Below, one piece after another: positions 25,747 through 36,378 of a stretch of DNA of 64,000 nt. The position numbers and the translations under genes were made by a program. The notes beneath the pieces are model-generated. The model was not told the DNA's origin, ran no database searches, and saw nothing but the letters and a program-made list of their open reading frames with translations. The stretch's first letter is position 1, and each line of letters starts with the position of its first letter. The stretch covers positions 7,175-71,174 of the forward strand of contig JBAQJL010000069.1 in assembly GCA_049300295.1 (NCBI GenBank), given 5' to 3'. The DNA is from Xanthobacteraceae bacterium (GTDB taxonomy: Bacteria; Pseudomonadota; Alphaproteobacteria; Rhizobiales; Xanthobacteraceae).

Positions 25747-28232
25747 TTGGCGCGGCGCGTCGGACTGGCGGCGAGCGGATCGTCGGGCCACGGATGCTTT
25801 GGATAGCGCCCGCGCATTTCGGCGCGGACCGCGGCGTAACTGCCGCGCCAGAAGCCCGGCAGGTCGCGCGTGGTCTGCACCGGCCGGTGCGCCGGCGAGA
25901 GGAGTTCGACCACGAGCGGCACCTTTCCGCCGGCGATGGCCGGATGGCTGTTCAAGCCGAACAGCTCCTGCACGCGGATTGCGATTTTGGGGCCGCCTTC
26001 GGCTTCGTAGTCGATCGGCACATGCGTGCCGGTCGGTGCTTCGAAATGCATCGGCGCCTCGGCATCGAGCCGGCGAGGCAGCGGCCAGGACAGCAGCGCG
26101 TGCAAGGCGGTCGAAAGCTCGTCGGCCGTGATTTCGGCGAGCGCCGTCTTGTCGGTGAGCGACGGCATCAGCCACCCGTCGATGGATTGTGCCAGCGCGT
26201 CGTCCGACAGGTCGGGCCATTGCTCGTCCTCGCTGGCGCGCAGGAACATGACGCGGTCGCGCCATTGGCGAAGCGCCTTGCTCCACGGCAGACGGCCGAC
26301 GCCGAGCACGGCGATGCCGGCCGCAAGTTTTTTTGCGCTTTCATCGCCCGGTGCGATCGCCATCGGCTGCTCGGACAGCACCAGCGCGCCAAGCCGGCGG
26401 CTCTTTCGCCCGCGCAGGCTCGTGCTCGCCGGATCGAATGTGATCTCATCGCGCGTCTCGATGCGGTCGCCGAAACGCGCCTCGATGCCGGCAAGCGTGA
26501 TCGGCGCCGCGAGCAGAATGCGGCCGGCCGCCGCCCTGCCGGTCAGCTCCGCGACGGCGAGAAACTGCTCGCGGGCGAGCGGGGAGGCCGGATCGATCTG
26601 CGCGCCGCGTCCATTGACCAGCAGAAAGGCGCCCGTGCCGCCGCCGCGGCTCTTGGCGATGCGTTCCGGATAGGCGAGCGCAAGCAGCGCGCCGTGCTCT
26701 TCATCCGGCTTCTCGATAAGCGAGAGATGCGGCGTCCCGCTCCTGCGGCTTTCATCAAATTCGGCAGGTCCGACGACGAACGCCCAGTCCCTGGCCATCT
26801 TGCGAGCTGTGTCGGCGCGCTGCGAACGATCGTGGCGAAAGCTGTCGAGGCGGTGGCGCAGATCGACATCGTTGCCGCCGAGCCCCCGCTCGGTGATCAC
26901 CATGGCGATCCGCGCGGCCGTGCGCGCCGAACGTTCCGACGAAGCTTCCAGCACCATGCGGGCAAGCCGCGGCGGCAGCGGCAGTTTGCGCAGCCGCCTG
27001 CCTTTCTCGGTAATACGGCCGTCGCCGCCAATGGCGCCGAGTTCGCGCAGGAGCGCGTGCGCTTCGGTCAAGGCGGCGCGCGGCGGCGGATCGAGAAATG
27101 CGAGCTTGTCGGGCGCCGCGCCCCACGCGGCCAGATCGAGCGCGAACGACGAAAGATCGGCGGCGAGGATTTCGGGGCGGGCAAACGGTTCGAGCGAGGC
27201 GGTCTGTGGCTCATCCCACAGGCGGTAGCAGGCGCCTGGCTCGGTTCGCCCGGCGCGGCCGCGACGCTGGTCAGCCGCCGCGCGCGACACCCGCACGGTT
27301 TCGAGCCGGGTGACGCCGACATCAGGTTCGTAGCGCGGCACGCGGGCGAGCCCGCTGTCGACGACAACGCGGACGCCCTCGATCGTGATCGAGGTTTCGG
27401 CGATGGCGGTCGCGAGCACGATCTTGCGTCGGCCGGGCGCGACAGGGGCTATGGCGCGGTCCTGCTCGTCGGCGTCGAGCGCGCCATAGAGCGGGGCAAT
27501 GTCGGTCGCCGCATCGGTGCGGCCTTCGAGCAGCTTTTCGGTGCGGCGAATTTCGGCCGTCCCCGGCAGGAACGCGAGCAGCGAGCCGGACTCGGCGCGC
27601 ATCGCCCGCATGATCGTGTCGGCCATTTGCGGCTCGATCGGCCGCGTATCGCGGCCCGCATAGCGCGTCTCGACCGAAAACGCGCGGCCTTCGCTCGCGA
27701 TGACCGGGGCGTCGCCCAGCAATGCCGCCACGCGCGCGCCGTCGATGGTCGCCGACATCACCAGGAGACGCAGATCCTCGCGCAACCCGGTCTGCACGTC
27801 GCGCGCCAGCGCCAAGCCTAGATCGGCGTCGAGCGAGCGTTCGTGGAACTCATCGAACAGCACCGCGGCGACGCCGTCGAGCATCGGATCGTCGAGTATG
27901 AGGCGTGTGAAAATGCCTTCGGTGATGATCTCGATGCGGGTCCTGCGCGACACCTTGGAGCCGAATCGGACCCGCAAGCCGACGCTGTCGCCGACGCGTT
28001 CGCCCAAGGTCTGCGCCATGCGTTCGGCCGCCGCGCGCGCTGCAATCCGGCGCGGTTCGAGAACGAGGATGCGCCGCCCCTTGGCCCAGTCTTCGCCGGC
28101 GAGCACCAGCGGCACCCGCGTCGTCTTGCCGGCGCCCGGCGGCGCAACCAGGACCGCGGCGTGGTGCGCGCGCAAGGCTGCCTGCAAGTCCGGCAGCGCA
28201 GCGTCGATCGGAAGCGGTGGAGGAATCGTCAA
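25731..28232 (-). CDS. hrpB: ATP-dependent RNA helicase HrpB (DEAH-box)
   Basis: 833 aa. It has APPGAGKTT, DEFHERS, SATI, TAIAETSITIEGV and QRRGRAGR, plus the long HrpB C-terminal domain. Confidence 0.9.
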   Translation of the reverse strand: MTIPPPLPIDAALPDLQAALRAHHAAVLVAPPGAGKTTRVPLVLAGEDWAKGRRILVLEPRRIAARAAAERMAQTLGERVGDSVGLRVRFGSKVSRRTRIEIITEGIFTRLILDDPMLDGVAAVLFDEFHERSLDADLGLALARDVQTGLREDLRLLVMSATIDGARVAALLGDAPVIASEGRAFSVETRYAGRDTRPIEPQMADTIMRAMRAESGSLLAFLPGTAEIRRTEKLLEGRTDAATDIAPLYGALDADEQDRAIAPVAPGRRKIVLATAIAETSITIEGVRVVVDSGLARVPRYEPDVGVTRLETVRVSRAAADQRRGRAGRTEPGACYRLWDEPQTASLEPFARPEILAADLSSFALDLAAWGAAPDKLAFLDPPPRAALTEAHALLRELGAIGGDGRITEKGRRLRKLPLPPRLARMVLEASSERSARTAARIAMVITERGLGGNDVDLRHRLDSFRHDRSQRADTARKMARDWAFVVGPAEFDESRRSGTPHLSLIEKPDEEHGALLALAYPERIAKSRGGGTGAFLLVNGRGAQIDPASPLAREQFLAVAELTGRAAAGRILLAAPITLAGIEARFGDRIETRDEITFDPASTSLRGRKSRRLGALVLSEQPMAIAPGDESAKKLAAGIAVLGVGRLPWSKALRQWRDRVMFLRASEDEQWPDLSDDALAQSIDGWLMPSLTDKTALAEITADELSTALHALLSWPLPRRLDAEAPMHFEAPTGTHVPIDYEAEGGPKIAIRVQELFGLNSHPAIAGGKVPLVVELLSPAHRPVQTTRDLPGFWRGSYAAVRAEMRGRYPKHPWPDDPLAASPTRRAKPRNS

Positions 28233-28261
28233 ACTTACAGCGCCAGTTCTGCACAGACTGT

Positions 28262-28305
28262 GATTATGGATTCCGGACAGCCGCTTGGCGGCTTCCGGAA
28301 TGACG
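28262..28305 (-). repeat. REP family A copy (hrpB-polA intergenic)
   Basis: The reverse complement reads cgtcattccggaagccgccaagcggctgtccggaatccataatc. Confidence 0.8.
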
Positions 28306-28329
28306 CCAAAACCCTATATTATCGGCGGT

Positions 28330-31300
28330 ATGCCCACAGCACAAAAAGCTTCCGCCAAAGCGCTCCAAGCGCCGAAGTCGCCGCCCGCGGCGAGCGCCCT
28401 GAAGAAGGGCGATCACGTCTTTCTGGTCGACGGTTCCGGCTACGTGTTTCGCGCCTATCACGCGCTGCCGCCGATTACGCGCAAATCGGACGGCCTGCAG
28501 CTCAACGCCGTGTTCGGTTTCTGCAACATGCTGTGGAAGCTGCTGCGCGACATGAAGCCGGAGGACAAGCCGACCCATCTCGCCGTGGTGTTCGATAAAT
28601 CGGAAAAGACCTTCCGCACCACGATGTATCCCGATTACAAGGCGCACCGGCCCGACCCGCCCGACGATCTCATTCCCCAGTTCAAGTTCATCCGCGAGGC
28701 AGTGCATGCGTTCGACCTGCCCTGCCTGGAACAGAGCGGCTTCGAGGCCGACGACCTGATCGCCACCTATGCGCGGTTCGCATCCGAAGCCGGCGCCAAG
28801 ACCTCCATCGTGTCGTCCGACAAGGATCTGATGCAACTCGTCAGCGACAGCGTCACGATGTTCGACACCATGAAGGACAAGACTATCGGCCGGGCCGAGG
28901 TGATCGAGAAATTCGGCGTGCCGCCCGAGAAGGTCATCGAAGTGCAGTCGCTGATCGGCGATTCCACCGACAACGTACCGGGCGTGCCCGGCATCGGCGT
29001 CAAGACCGCGGCGCAGCTGATCGGCGAATACGGCGATCTGGAAACGCTGCTCGCACGCGCCGGCGAGATCAAGCAGGACAAGCGCCGCCAGTCGCTGATC
29101 GAACATGCCGAGTTGGCGCGGATGTCGAAGAAGCTTGTCACACTCGACACCAACGTTGCGCTCGATGTGCCGATCGGCGATCTTGCCGTGCACGAGCCGG
29201 ATTACAAGGCGCTGATCGGCTTCCTCAAGGCGATGGAGTTTAATTCGCTGACGCGCCGCGTCGCCGAATTCTCCGGCACCGACGTGGCGCAGATCGAGGC
29301 AGCGTCGCGGCTTTCAGGCAGCGACCGTGCGGCGCCGTCGAATGACGGCGGCGAGGCCGGCGCCGCGCCGCAGCTTGCGCTTGGCCGGCCGCCGCAGCCC
29401 GGCGACCTGTCGCGCCAAGGCCGCCCTGAAGCATCGCAGACTGTGGTGCTGACCCCCATGGCGCTCGCCGACGCGCGCCGCGAGGCCGCGCGCACCGCCA
29501 AGTTCGATCGTAGCCAGTATGAGATCGTGCGCAGCCTCGAGCGGCTCAAAGCTTGGGTCCAACGGGCGTGGGACGTCGGCGCGGTGGCGTTGCACGCGGC
29601 CTCGCTTAGCCTCGATCCGATGCAGGCGGAGCTGTGCGGCATCGCGCTCGCGGTGGGGCCAAACGAGGCTTGCTACGTGCCGCTGTCGCACCGTCAGGGC
29701 GGCGAGGGCGCCGGCCTGTTCCGTGGCGACGTTGTTGCCGACCAGATTGGCGAAGCCGCCGTGCTCGATGTGCTCAAGCCGCTCCTCACCGACAAGGGCG
29801 TACTCAAAATCGGCCACGACCTGAAATTCGCCTGGCAGATGTTCGCGCAGCGCGGCATCGAGATCGAATCCTACGACGATATTATTCTGATGTCGTATGT
29901 GGCCGATGCCGGCCGCGCCGGCCATGCGCTGGAGTCGCTCGCCGAGCGGACCTTCAACCATGGCGCCATCGACATCAACGAATTGATCAAGGCCGGCAGG
30001 GCGAAGATCACTTTCGACGCCGTCGGCATCGACCGCGCCACCGAATATTCCGCCGAGCGTGCCGACATCGTCTTCCGCGTCTGGCAGGCGCTGTCGCCGC
30101 GGCTTGCCGCCGAGATGGTGCGCAATGTCTATGAGACGCTGGAGCGGCCGCTCCTGTCTGTGCTCGGCCGCATGGAGCGGCGCGGCATTTCTGTCGACCG
30201 CAACGTGCTGTCGCGGCTATCCGGCGAGTTCGCCCAGGAGGCGGCCGGCCTTGAAGCCGAGATCAACCGGCTTGCCGGCGAGACCGTCAATGTCGGCAGC
30301 CCGAAACAGATCGGCGACATTCTGTTCGGCAAGATGGGACTGCCAGGCGGCACCAAGACCAAGACCGGGCAGTGGGCGACCGGAGCGCGGCTTCTGGATG
30401 AACTCGCCGAGCAAGGCCACGAGTTGCCGCAGAAGATCCTCGACTGGCGGCAAGTGTCGAAGCTGAAATCGACCTATACGGACGCGCTGCCTGGCTACGT
30501 CAATCCGAGCACGCATCGCGTACACACGAGCTACGCGCTTGCCGCCACCACCACTGGCCGGCTGTCGTCATCGGAGCCGAACCTGCAGAATATTCCGATC
30601 CGTACCGAGGACGGCCGGAAAATTCGCCGTGCGTTCATCACCGACAAGGGCCAAAAGCTCGTTTCCGCCGACTACTCGCAGATCGAGCTGCGGCTTCTCG
30701 CCGAGATCGCCGAGATCGAGCAGCTGCGCAAAGCGTTCCGCGACGGCCTCGATATTCACGCCATGACGGCGTCGGAAATGTTCGGCGTGCCTGTCAAGAA
30801 CATGCCGGCCGATGTGCGCCGCCGCGCCAAGGCGATCAATTTCGGCATCATCTACGGCATTTCCGCTTTCGGGCTTGCCAATCAGCTTGGCATCGGCCGT
30901 GAGGAAGCCGGCGCCTATATCAAGAAATATTTCGAGCGCTTCCCCGGCATTCGCGACTACATGGAAGAAACCAAGGCGTTCGCGCGCCAGAACGGCTACG
31001 TGCTAACTTTGTTTGGCCGCAAGTGCCACTATCCCGATATCAAGGCGTCGAACGCCTCGATCCGCTCGTTCAACGAGCGCGCCGCCATCAATGCGCGGCT
31101 GCAGGGCACTGCCGCCGACATCATCCGCCGCGCCATGGTCCGCATGGACGCCACGCTCGCGAAGAAAAAGCTCTCGGCGCAGATGCTGCTGCAGGTGCAC
31201 GACGAGCTCGTCTTCGAAGTGCCCGAGGCAGAAGTCGACAAAACGCTGCCGGTGGTCACCGCGGTGATGCGCGACGCGGCGATGCCGGCGCTGGCGCTGT

Positions 31301-31356
31301 CAGTGCCGCTCCACGTCGAGGCCAAGGCGGCGGACAATTGGGACGACGCGCATTAA
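28330..31356 (+). CDS. polA: DNA polymerase I
   Basis: It contains a 5'-nuclease domain (LVDGSGYVFRAYHA), a 3'-5' exonuclease-like region and pol motifs (DYSQIELR, RRRAKAINFGIIYG, QVHDEL). The track start at 28285 lies inside a REP copy, so I prefer ATG 28330. The start remains uncertain. Confidence 0.95.
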   Translation: MPTAQKASAKALQAPKSPPAASALKKGDHVFLVDGSGYVFRAYHALPPITRKSDGLQLNAVFGFCNMLWKLLRDMKPEDKPTHLAVVFDKSEKTFRTTMYPDYKAHRPDPPDDLIPQFKFIREAVHAFDLPCLEQSGFEADDLIATYARFASEAGAKTSIVSSDKDLMQLVSDSVTMFDTMKDKTIGRAEVIEKFGVPPEKVIEVQSLIGDSTDNVPGVPGIGVKTAAQLIGEYGDLETLLARAGEIKQDKRRQSLIEHAELARMSKKLVTLDTNVALDVPIGDLAVHEPDYKALIGFLKAMEFNSLTRRVAEFSGTDVAQIEAASRLSGSDRAAPSNDGGEAGAAPQLALGRPPQPGDLSRQGRPEASQTVVLTPMALADARREAARTAKFDRSQYEIVRSLERLKAWVQRAWDVGAVALHAASLSLDPMQAELCGIALAVGPNEACYVPLSHRQGGEGAGLFRGDVVADQIGEAAVLDVLKPLLTDKGVLKIGHDLKFAWQMFAQRGIEIESYDDIILMSYVADAGRAGHALESLAERTFNHGAIDINELIKAGRAKITFDAVGIDRATEYSAERADIVFRVWQALSPRLAAEMVRNVYETLERPLLSVLGRMERRGISVDRNVLSRLSGEFAQEAAGLEAEINRLAGETVNVGSPKQIGDILFGKMGLPGGTKTKTGQWATGARLLDELAEQGHELPQKILDWRQVSKLKSTYTDALPGYVNPSTHRVHTSYALAATTTGRLSSSEPNLQNIPIRTEDGRKIRRAFITDKGQKLVSADYSQIELRLLAEIAEIEQLRKAFRDGLDIHAMTASEMFGVPVKNMPADVRRRAKAINFGIIYGISAFGLANQLGIGREEAGAYIKKYFERFPGIRDYMEETKAFARQNGYVLTLFGRKCHYPDIKASNASIRSFNERAAINARLQGTAADIIRRAMVRMDATLAKKKLSAQMLLQVHDELVFEVPEAEVDKTLPVVTAVMRDAAMPALALSVPLHVEAKAADNWDDAH

Positions 31357-31402
31357 CGCGTCGGGTGGGCATCGCCCCGACAATGCGCATCTACCGCTCC
31401 GC

Positions 31403-32434
31403 TTACTGCACCCGCTTGGCCGCGTCGCTGACCACCTTGTAGGCGTCGTAGAGCGCGGGCTTCTCCTTGGCGACCTCAGCCACAGCGTCGGAGAATGTCT
31501 TCATCACCTGCGCCTGCTCGCCGGCCGGCAGATCGATCAGCTCGCCGCCGCCCGCGACCCAGCCCTTGCGCGCCCTGCCGACGATGTCTTCCGCCACCGG
31601 GCCGATCGCTTTTTGCTGTGCGGCCGCGTCATCGTCGACGATTTTCTGCAGATCCGGCGGCAAGGACTCATACCAGGCCTTGTTGACCTCGGCCATGACG
31701 AACACGGCCGGCTGGCCGGTCTCGGTCACGTATTTCGCAGCGTCGCTGAAATGCATCGGCGTGAAGACCACGATGCCGCCGACCGCGCCGTCGATGGTGC
31801 CCTGCTGCATCGCCGGTACGACGTCGGCGAGCGTCATCGCGACCGGCGTTGCGCCGAGCTTGGCGATCGGCGCCATCTGAAACGGCGAGGCGAGCACGCG
31901 GATTTTCTTGCCCTTGAAATCCGCCAGATGCCGGATCGGCGTTTTCGCAATCACCGAGGACGGCGCATTCATGAACATGGCGACGCCGTGCAGGCCCTTG
32001 TTGGCGCCAAGACTGAGCATCAGCTTCAGGGCCGCCGGGTCGGCGGCGACGCGCTGGCCTTGCGCAAGCGAACCGACCAGACCCGGCGCCGCCATGACTT
32101 CGAAGCGATTGTCGACGCCGACGAAGAATTCCGGCGGCAGGATCGCGCATTGGATCGAGCCGAATTGCGTGCCTTCGATCTGCCGCGGAATGGAACCCAG
32201 CTGACTGAGCGGAAAAACCTGCGGCTTGATGCGGCCGCCGGAATCCTTCTCCAGCGCGGCCGCATAGTTCTTGGCAAACACGTGGCTCGGATCGTTGAGT
32301 GTCGGCAGGCTGATCTTCATCGTGTAAGTCTTGCCCTGTGCCGAAGCCGCAATCGGCGACAGCGTCGCCGTCAAGGCAAGTGCGAAGCATCCCGTTAGCG
32401 CCTGCACAACAAAGCCGTTTCGTGCGTTTCTCAT
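31403..32434 (-). CDS. TRAP transporter substrate-binding protein (DctP family), orphan
   Basis: 343 aa with a signal peptide. The DctP-like pattern includes KISLPT...., GSIPRQIEGTQFGSIQ and IRVLASP. No dctQ/dctM membrane genes occur in the window. Confidence 0.85.
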   Translation of the reverse strand: MRNARNGFVVQALTGCFALALTATLSPIAASAQGKTYTMKISLPTLNDPSHVFAKNYAAALEKDSGGRIKPQVFPLSQLGSIPRQIEGTQFGSIQCAILPPEFFVGVDNRFEVMAAPGLVGSLAQGQRVAADPAALKLMLSLGANKGLHGVAMFMNAPSSVIAKTPIRHLADFKGKKIRVLASPFQMAPIAKLGATPVAMTLADVVPAMQQGTIDGAVGGIVVFTPMHFSDAAKYVTETGQPAVFVMAEVNKAWYESLPPDLQKIVDDDAAAQQKAIGPVAEDIVGRARKGWVAGGGELIDLPAGEQAQVMKTFSDAVAEVAKEKPALYDAYKVVSDAAKRVQ

Positions 32435-32583
32435 AATGTCCTCCCAGCAGAACGATTAGATAGCCATTATCTTAACTTGCCCCAGGGAAAGCGATAGGTC
32501 GCCCAACAGTTGTGGCTGGCACGCCATGCTTCACGGCGCCACTGCGATGCCAACCGGATTGCGGCGATGGTTCCCAGGCACTG

Positions 32584-32988
32584 TTATTCCGGCACCACCG
32601 CGATCGCCTCGACTTCGTAAAGCGCGCCGTCGCGGGCGAGCTTGGAAATCTGGATCGTGGTCGAGGCCGGCGGATTTTTGGTGTCGACGTAGCGGTCGCG
32701 CACTTCAAAATAAAGCGGCAGGTGCGACATGTCGACGAGATAATTGTTGAGCTTAACGACGTGCTCGAAGGTTGCACCGACCGCGGCGAGCCCGGCCTTG
32801 ATGTTCTCGAAGCACTGAACCGCCTGGGCGCGGAAGTCGCCCGGCGCACCGGCGAATTTGCCGTCCGGCGTCATGCCGAGCTGGCCGGCGAAATAGATCG
32901 TTCGGCTTGGCCCCTTGGTCTCGACGACGTGCGAATAGCCGCGCGGCGCCGGAATGGCGGGCGGGTTGAGAAAGCGATGGACGGCCAC
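32584..32988 (-). CDS. RidA / YjgF family reactive-intermediate deaminase
   Basis: ORF 32584..33078 trimmed to GTG 32988 (GAGGAG 6 nt upstream). It has GYSHVVE..., IYFAGQLG and the C-terminal YEVEAIAV. Confidence 0.8.
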   Translation of the reverse strand: MAVHRFLNPPAIPAPRGYSHVVETKGPSRTIYFAGQLGMTPDGKFAGAPGDFRAQAVQCFENIKAGLAAVGATFEHVVKLNNYLVDMSHLPLYFEVRDRYVDTKNPPASTTIQISKLARDGALYEVEAIAVVPE

Positions 32989-33028
32989 CTTGAACTCCTC
33001 TGGAAGCGTTAATGTTGCCGGACGGATT

Positions 33029-34000
33029 TCAGTCCAGCTTGAGGTTAGCCGCGCGGATGACCTTGCCCCATTTGTCATTCTCGGCGGTGATGAATTGCGC
33101 GAACTCGGTCGGTGTTTTTTTCATCGGCTCGACGCCAAGCGCGGCAAGCCGCGCCTTCGGCGTCGGCTGATCGAGCGCGGCGTTCACGGCGGCATTGAGC
33201 TTCTCGATAATATCGCCCGGCGTGCCCTTGGGGGCACCGATGCCATACCAGCCTATCGCCTCATAGCCGGACACGAATTGGCCGACCGTCGGCAGGTCGG
33301 GCAGCGCGGCCAGCCGCTCCTTCGTCGTCACCGCCAGCCCGCGCACTTTGCCGGTTTTGACGAATTCCACCGCTTGCGGAATCGGATTGATCACCATCTG
33401 CACCTGGCCGCCGATCAGGTCCGGCATGTAATTGGTGCGGTAGGGGACGTGCACCAGCTCGATTCCGGCCATTGTCATGAACAGCAGACCAAAGATGTGC
33501 GACGCCGTGCCAATGCCGCCGGACGCGAAGTTGATCTTGCCCGGATTGGCCTTGGCGTAGGCGATCAGTTCCGGGACGGTCTTGGCCGGCAAGGAGTTTG
33601 TCGTCAGCACGACGTATGGGGCGTTGGCGACCGTTGCGACCGGCGCGATGTCTGTCAGGAAATTGAAACTGAGATGGTGGTAGAGCGACGCATTGAGCAC
33701 GTTGCTCAGGACGTCGGCCAGGATGGTGTAGCCGTCGGGATCGGCGCGCGTGACGATCTCGGTGCCGATATTGCTGCCGGCGCCCGGCCGGTTCTGCATG
33801 ACGAAATTCTGGCCGAACCGCTCCGAAAGCCATTGTCCCGAAAGACGCGCGATGATGTCCGGCGAACTGCCTGGAGGAAACGGAACGATCATCTGCACCG
33901 GCCGCGACGGATAGGTGTCGGCGAAAGTCGGCCGCGGGAGCACCGGAAGGGCCGCGGCGCCAGCCGCCAGTTGCAGAACGCGTCTGCGGGGAAGTGTCAT
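33029..34000 (-). CDS. Bug-family (TctC-like) substrate-binding protein
   Basis: 323 aa with a Tat-like leader (RRRVLQLAAGAAALP). It has YPSRPVQMIVPFPPGSSPDIIARL, NRPGAGSNIG, ADPDGYTIL and HVPYRT. Confidence 0.85.
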   Translation of the reverse strand: MTLPRRRVLQLAAGAAALPVLPRPTFADTYPSRPVQMIVPFPPGSSPDIIARLSGQWLSERFGQNFVMQNRPGAGSNIGTEIVTRADPDGYTILADVLSNVLNASLYHHLSFNFLTDIAPVATVANAPYVVLTTNSLPAKTVPELIAYAKANPGKINFASGGIGTASHIFGLLFMTMAGIELVHVPYRTNYMPDLIGGQVQMVINPIPQAVEFVKTGKVRGLAVTTKERLAALPDLPTVGQFVSGYEAIGWYGIGAPKGTPGDIIEKLNAAVNAALDQPTPKARLAALGVEPMKKTPTEFAQFITAENDKWGKVIRAANLKLD

Positions 34001-34145
34001 CGAATCCTCCGGTTGTCGCCGCTCGTTGACGCGGCGGCTCTCGGCGTGAGCTTAGGTCGCCCTATATCTCTGGCAAGCTTGCCTTTTTCAGTTGCGTCAC
34101 TCAACCGCTGCGTCTAGGCGAATAGCCGCAGGAGCGAGGCCCGCC

Positions 34146-35483
34146 GTGACGCCGCCGTTCACCCCGCACCTCATCTTCGGCCTTGATCCGATGTGGACGT
34201 CGGCGGCGATCCTCGCGCTGACCTACGCGTTTGTCATTGCCGACCGTATCAATCGCGCGGTCGTGGCGCTCATCGGCGCTGTGATCGTCATCGTGATCGG
34301 TGCGCTCGATCAGAACCAGGCGATCGCCGGCATCAACTGGGACACAATCGGGCTCCTCACCGGGATGATGATCCTGGTGTCGATCGCGCGCCGCTCCGGC
34401 GCATTTCAGTTTCTGGCGATCTGGTCGGCGCAGCGGGCGAATGCGAGTCCGGCGGGCATTCTAATCATGCTGCAGCTGACCACGGCCGCGCTCTCTGCGC
34501 TGCTCAACAACGTCAGCACGGTGCTGCTCGTGGCGCCCGTGACGCTCGTCATTGTCGAGGAATTGGATCTGCCGGCGTTTCCGTTCCTGTTCGCCGAAAT
34601 CTTTGCTTCCAACATCGGCGGCACCGCAACGCTGATCGGCGATCCGCCCAACATCCTGATCGGCTCGTCGGCCGGGCTTAATTTCGATGCGTTCCTGGTC
34701 AACCTCACTCCGGTCGTCGTCCTGGTCATGGCCGTGCAACTCTTCATGGTGCATGCGATCTGGGGCCGCAAGCTGCACGCGACGCCGGAGAGCCGCACTC
34801 TGGTGATGGGCATGAATGCGCCCGGAATGATCACGGATCGCGTGCTCCTCTGGCAATCGATTGCGGTCATCGGTGGCGTGCTCGCGGCGTTCGTATTCGG
34901 CGCGTCGTTGCGGCTTGAGCCCGCAACCATCGCGCTTGCTGGGGCCGCTATGCTGATGCTGCTCGATAACTGGCGACAAGGAAGCGCCAAACAATCTGAA
35001 AACGTCCACAAGACGTTCGCCGACGTCGAGTGGGTGACGATCTTCTTTTTCCTGGCTCTATTTGTTCTGGTGCATGCCGTCGAAGTGAGCGGATTGCTCG
35101 ACCTGCTTGCCAAGCGGCTGGTCGCGGCGACCGGCGACAACATGGCGGCCGCCGGCGGCGTCATCCTGTGGGTGTCGGCCGTGCTGTCGGCGCTGCTCGA
35201 TAACATTCCATTCGTTGCCACGATGATCCCGTTGCTCAAGAGCGCGGCGCCCGCCTATGGCGGCACCGAGCACATCGGGCCGTTGTGGTGGTGCCTGGCG
35301 CTCGGCGTGTGCCTGGGAGGCAACGGCACGCTGATCGGCTCGGCGGCAAATATCACGGTGGCGGGCATTGCCGAACGTAACGCTACTCGCTTTTCGTTCG
35401 TGCGTTATCTGGCTTACGGGCTGCCGATGACGCTGGTGTCGATCGCGATCTGCCAGCTCTACGTCTGGCTGCGCTATTTTTGA
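34146..35483 (+). CDS. ArsB/NhaD-superfamily permease (citrate-transporter-like anion permease)
   Basis: Multi-pass membrane protein with internal-repeat architecture (NNVSTVLLVAPV ... LDNIPFVATMIPL). The start is ambiguous between TTG 34092, GTG 34146 and ATG 34191. Confidence 0.8.
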   Translation: MTPPFTPHLIFGLDPMWTSAAILALTYAFVIADRINRAVVALIGAVIVIVIGALDQNQAIAGINWDTIGLLTGMMILVSIARRSGAFQFLAIWSAQRANASPAGILIMLQLTTAALSALLNNVSTVLLVAPVTLVIVEELDLPAFPFLFAEIFASNIGGTATLIGDPPNILIGSSAGLNFDAFLVNLTPVVVLVMAVQLFMVHAIWGRKLHATPESRTLVMGMNAPGMITDRVLLWQSIAVIGGVLAAFVFGASLRLEPATIALAGAAMLMLLDNWRQGSAKQSENVHKTFADVEWVTIFFFLALFVLVHAVEVSGLLDLLAKRLVAATGDNMAAAGGVILWVSAVLSALLDNIPFVATMIPLLKSAAPAYGGTEHIGPLWWCLALGVCLGGNGTLIGSAANITVAGIAERNATRFSFVRYLAYGLPMTLVSIAICQLYVWLRYF

Positions 35484-35592
35484 ATTTCGATCTGCTCGTT
35501 GGCCGGTATTCGCGGCGTTCATAAATTGTTTGCCATAACCGCCAAGCCGCCATTTACCATCCCGCAGTATCGTTCGTCGCTGTGCACGCCGC

Positions 35593-36378
35593 GTGTCGGC
35601 GGCGGGATGTGGCGTTGTGATCAGGCCTCATGACAGGCGGTTGGGACGGCGCGTGGCCGTGATGATTGGCGCGCTATGCGGTGCCATCATCGTCGCCCAG
35701 CCGCGTCCGGCGCTGGCCGCCGGGCTGTTCGATTTTCTGTTCGGCGGACCGCGGGACCGGCCGGCGGCGCGAGCAGGTTCAAATTCCGACGCCTCTACGC
35801 GGGCGCAGTACTCGCCTGAGACCGTGCACGATCACGGTATCGGCGGCCGCACAGTCGCGTTCTGCGTGCGGCTATGCGACGGCGAGGGCTTTCCGATTGC
35901 GCACCTCGCCAATGCCACCCCGATCGAAACCTGCCGGGCGATGTGTCCGGCGAGCAAGACCGAGGTGTTCTTCGGCTCGCAAATCGACGGCGCTGTCGCG
36001 CGCGATGGCACGCGCTACGGTCAGCTCGAAAATGCGTTCCTGTTTCGCAAGCACCTCGTGGCGAATTGCACCTGCAACGGGCGTGACCAGTTCGGACTCG
36101 CGCCGCTCAACATCGCCGACGATGCGACATTGCGGCCGGGCGATATCGTCGTGACCCAGAAGGGGCTGATGGCTTTTTCCGGCAGGGGTGAGCAGGGGGC
36201 GGCGTACACACCGGTCGATCCGTCGAGCGTTATGAACCAGCTGAATTCGGTGACCTCGCCGCAGGCGCCGCGCACCGAACTCGCCGGCGATGCGCCCGGC
36301 ATTATGGTTGAGCCGTCGAACGCGCCGCCGCGCTTTCTGTCGCCGGTCGCGGATCTGCGCGGTCAGGTCGACAGATAG
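35593..36378 (+). CDS. Secreted Cys-rich protein, DUF2865-like
   Basis: 261 aa. The pattern is a hydrophobic leader, then CVRLCDG..FPI...C..MCP....VF.G..I..A....G..Y..L..AF.FR......CTC. I recall this pattern as the alphaproteobacterial DUF2865. The start is uncertain. Confidence 0.6.
   Translation: MSAAGCGVVIRPHDRRLGRRVAVMIGALCGAIIVAQPRPALAAGLFDFLFGGPRDRPAARAGSNSDASTRAQYSPETVHDHGIGGRTVAFCVRLCDGEGFPIAHLANATPIETCRAMCPASKTEVFFGSQIDGAVARDGTRYGQLENAFLFRKHLVANCTCNGRDQFGLAPLNIADDATLRPGDIVVTQKGLMAFSGRGEQGAAYTPVDPSSVMNQLNSVTSPQAPRTELAGDAPGIMVEPSNAPPRFLSPVADLRGQVDR

Noticed and set aside
25794-27821. A 675-aa plus-strand ORF.
   Set aside because: It is antisense to hrpB, whose helicase motifs are unambiguous. 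Its composition is that of a shadow ORF. The same reasoning applies to the nested ORFs at 26026..26673 and 27843..28598.
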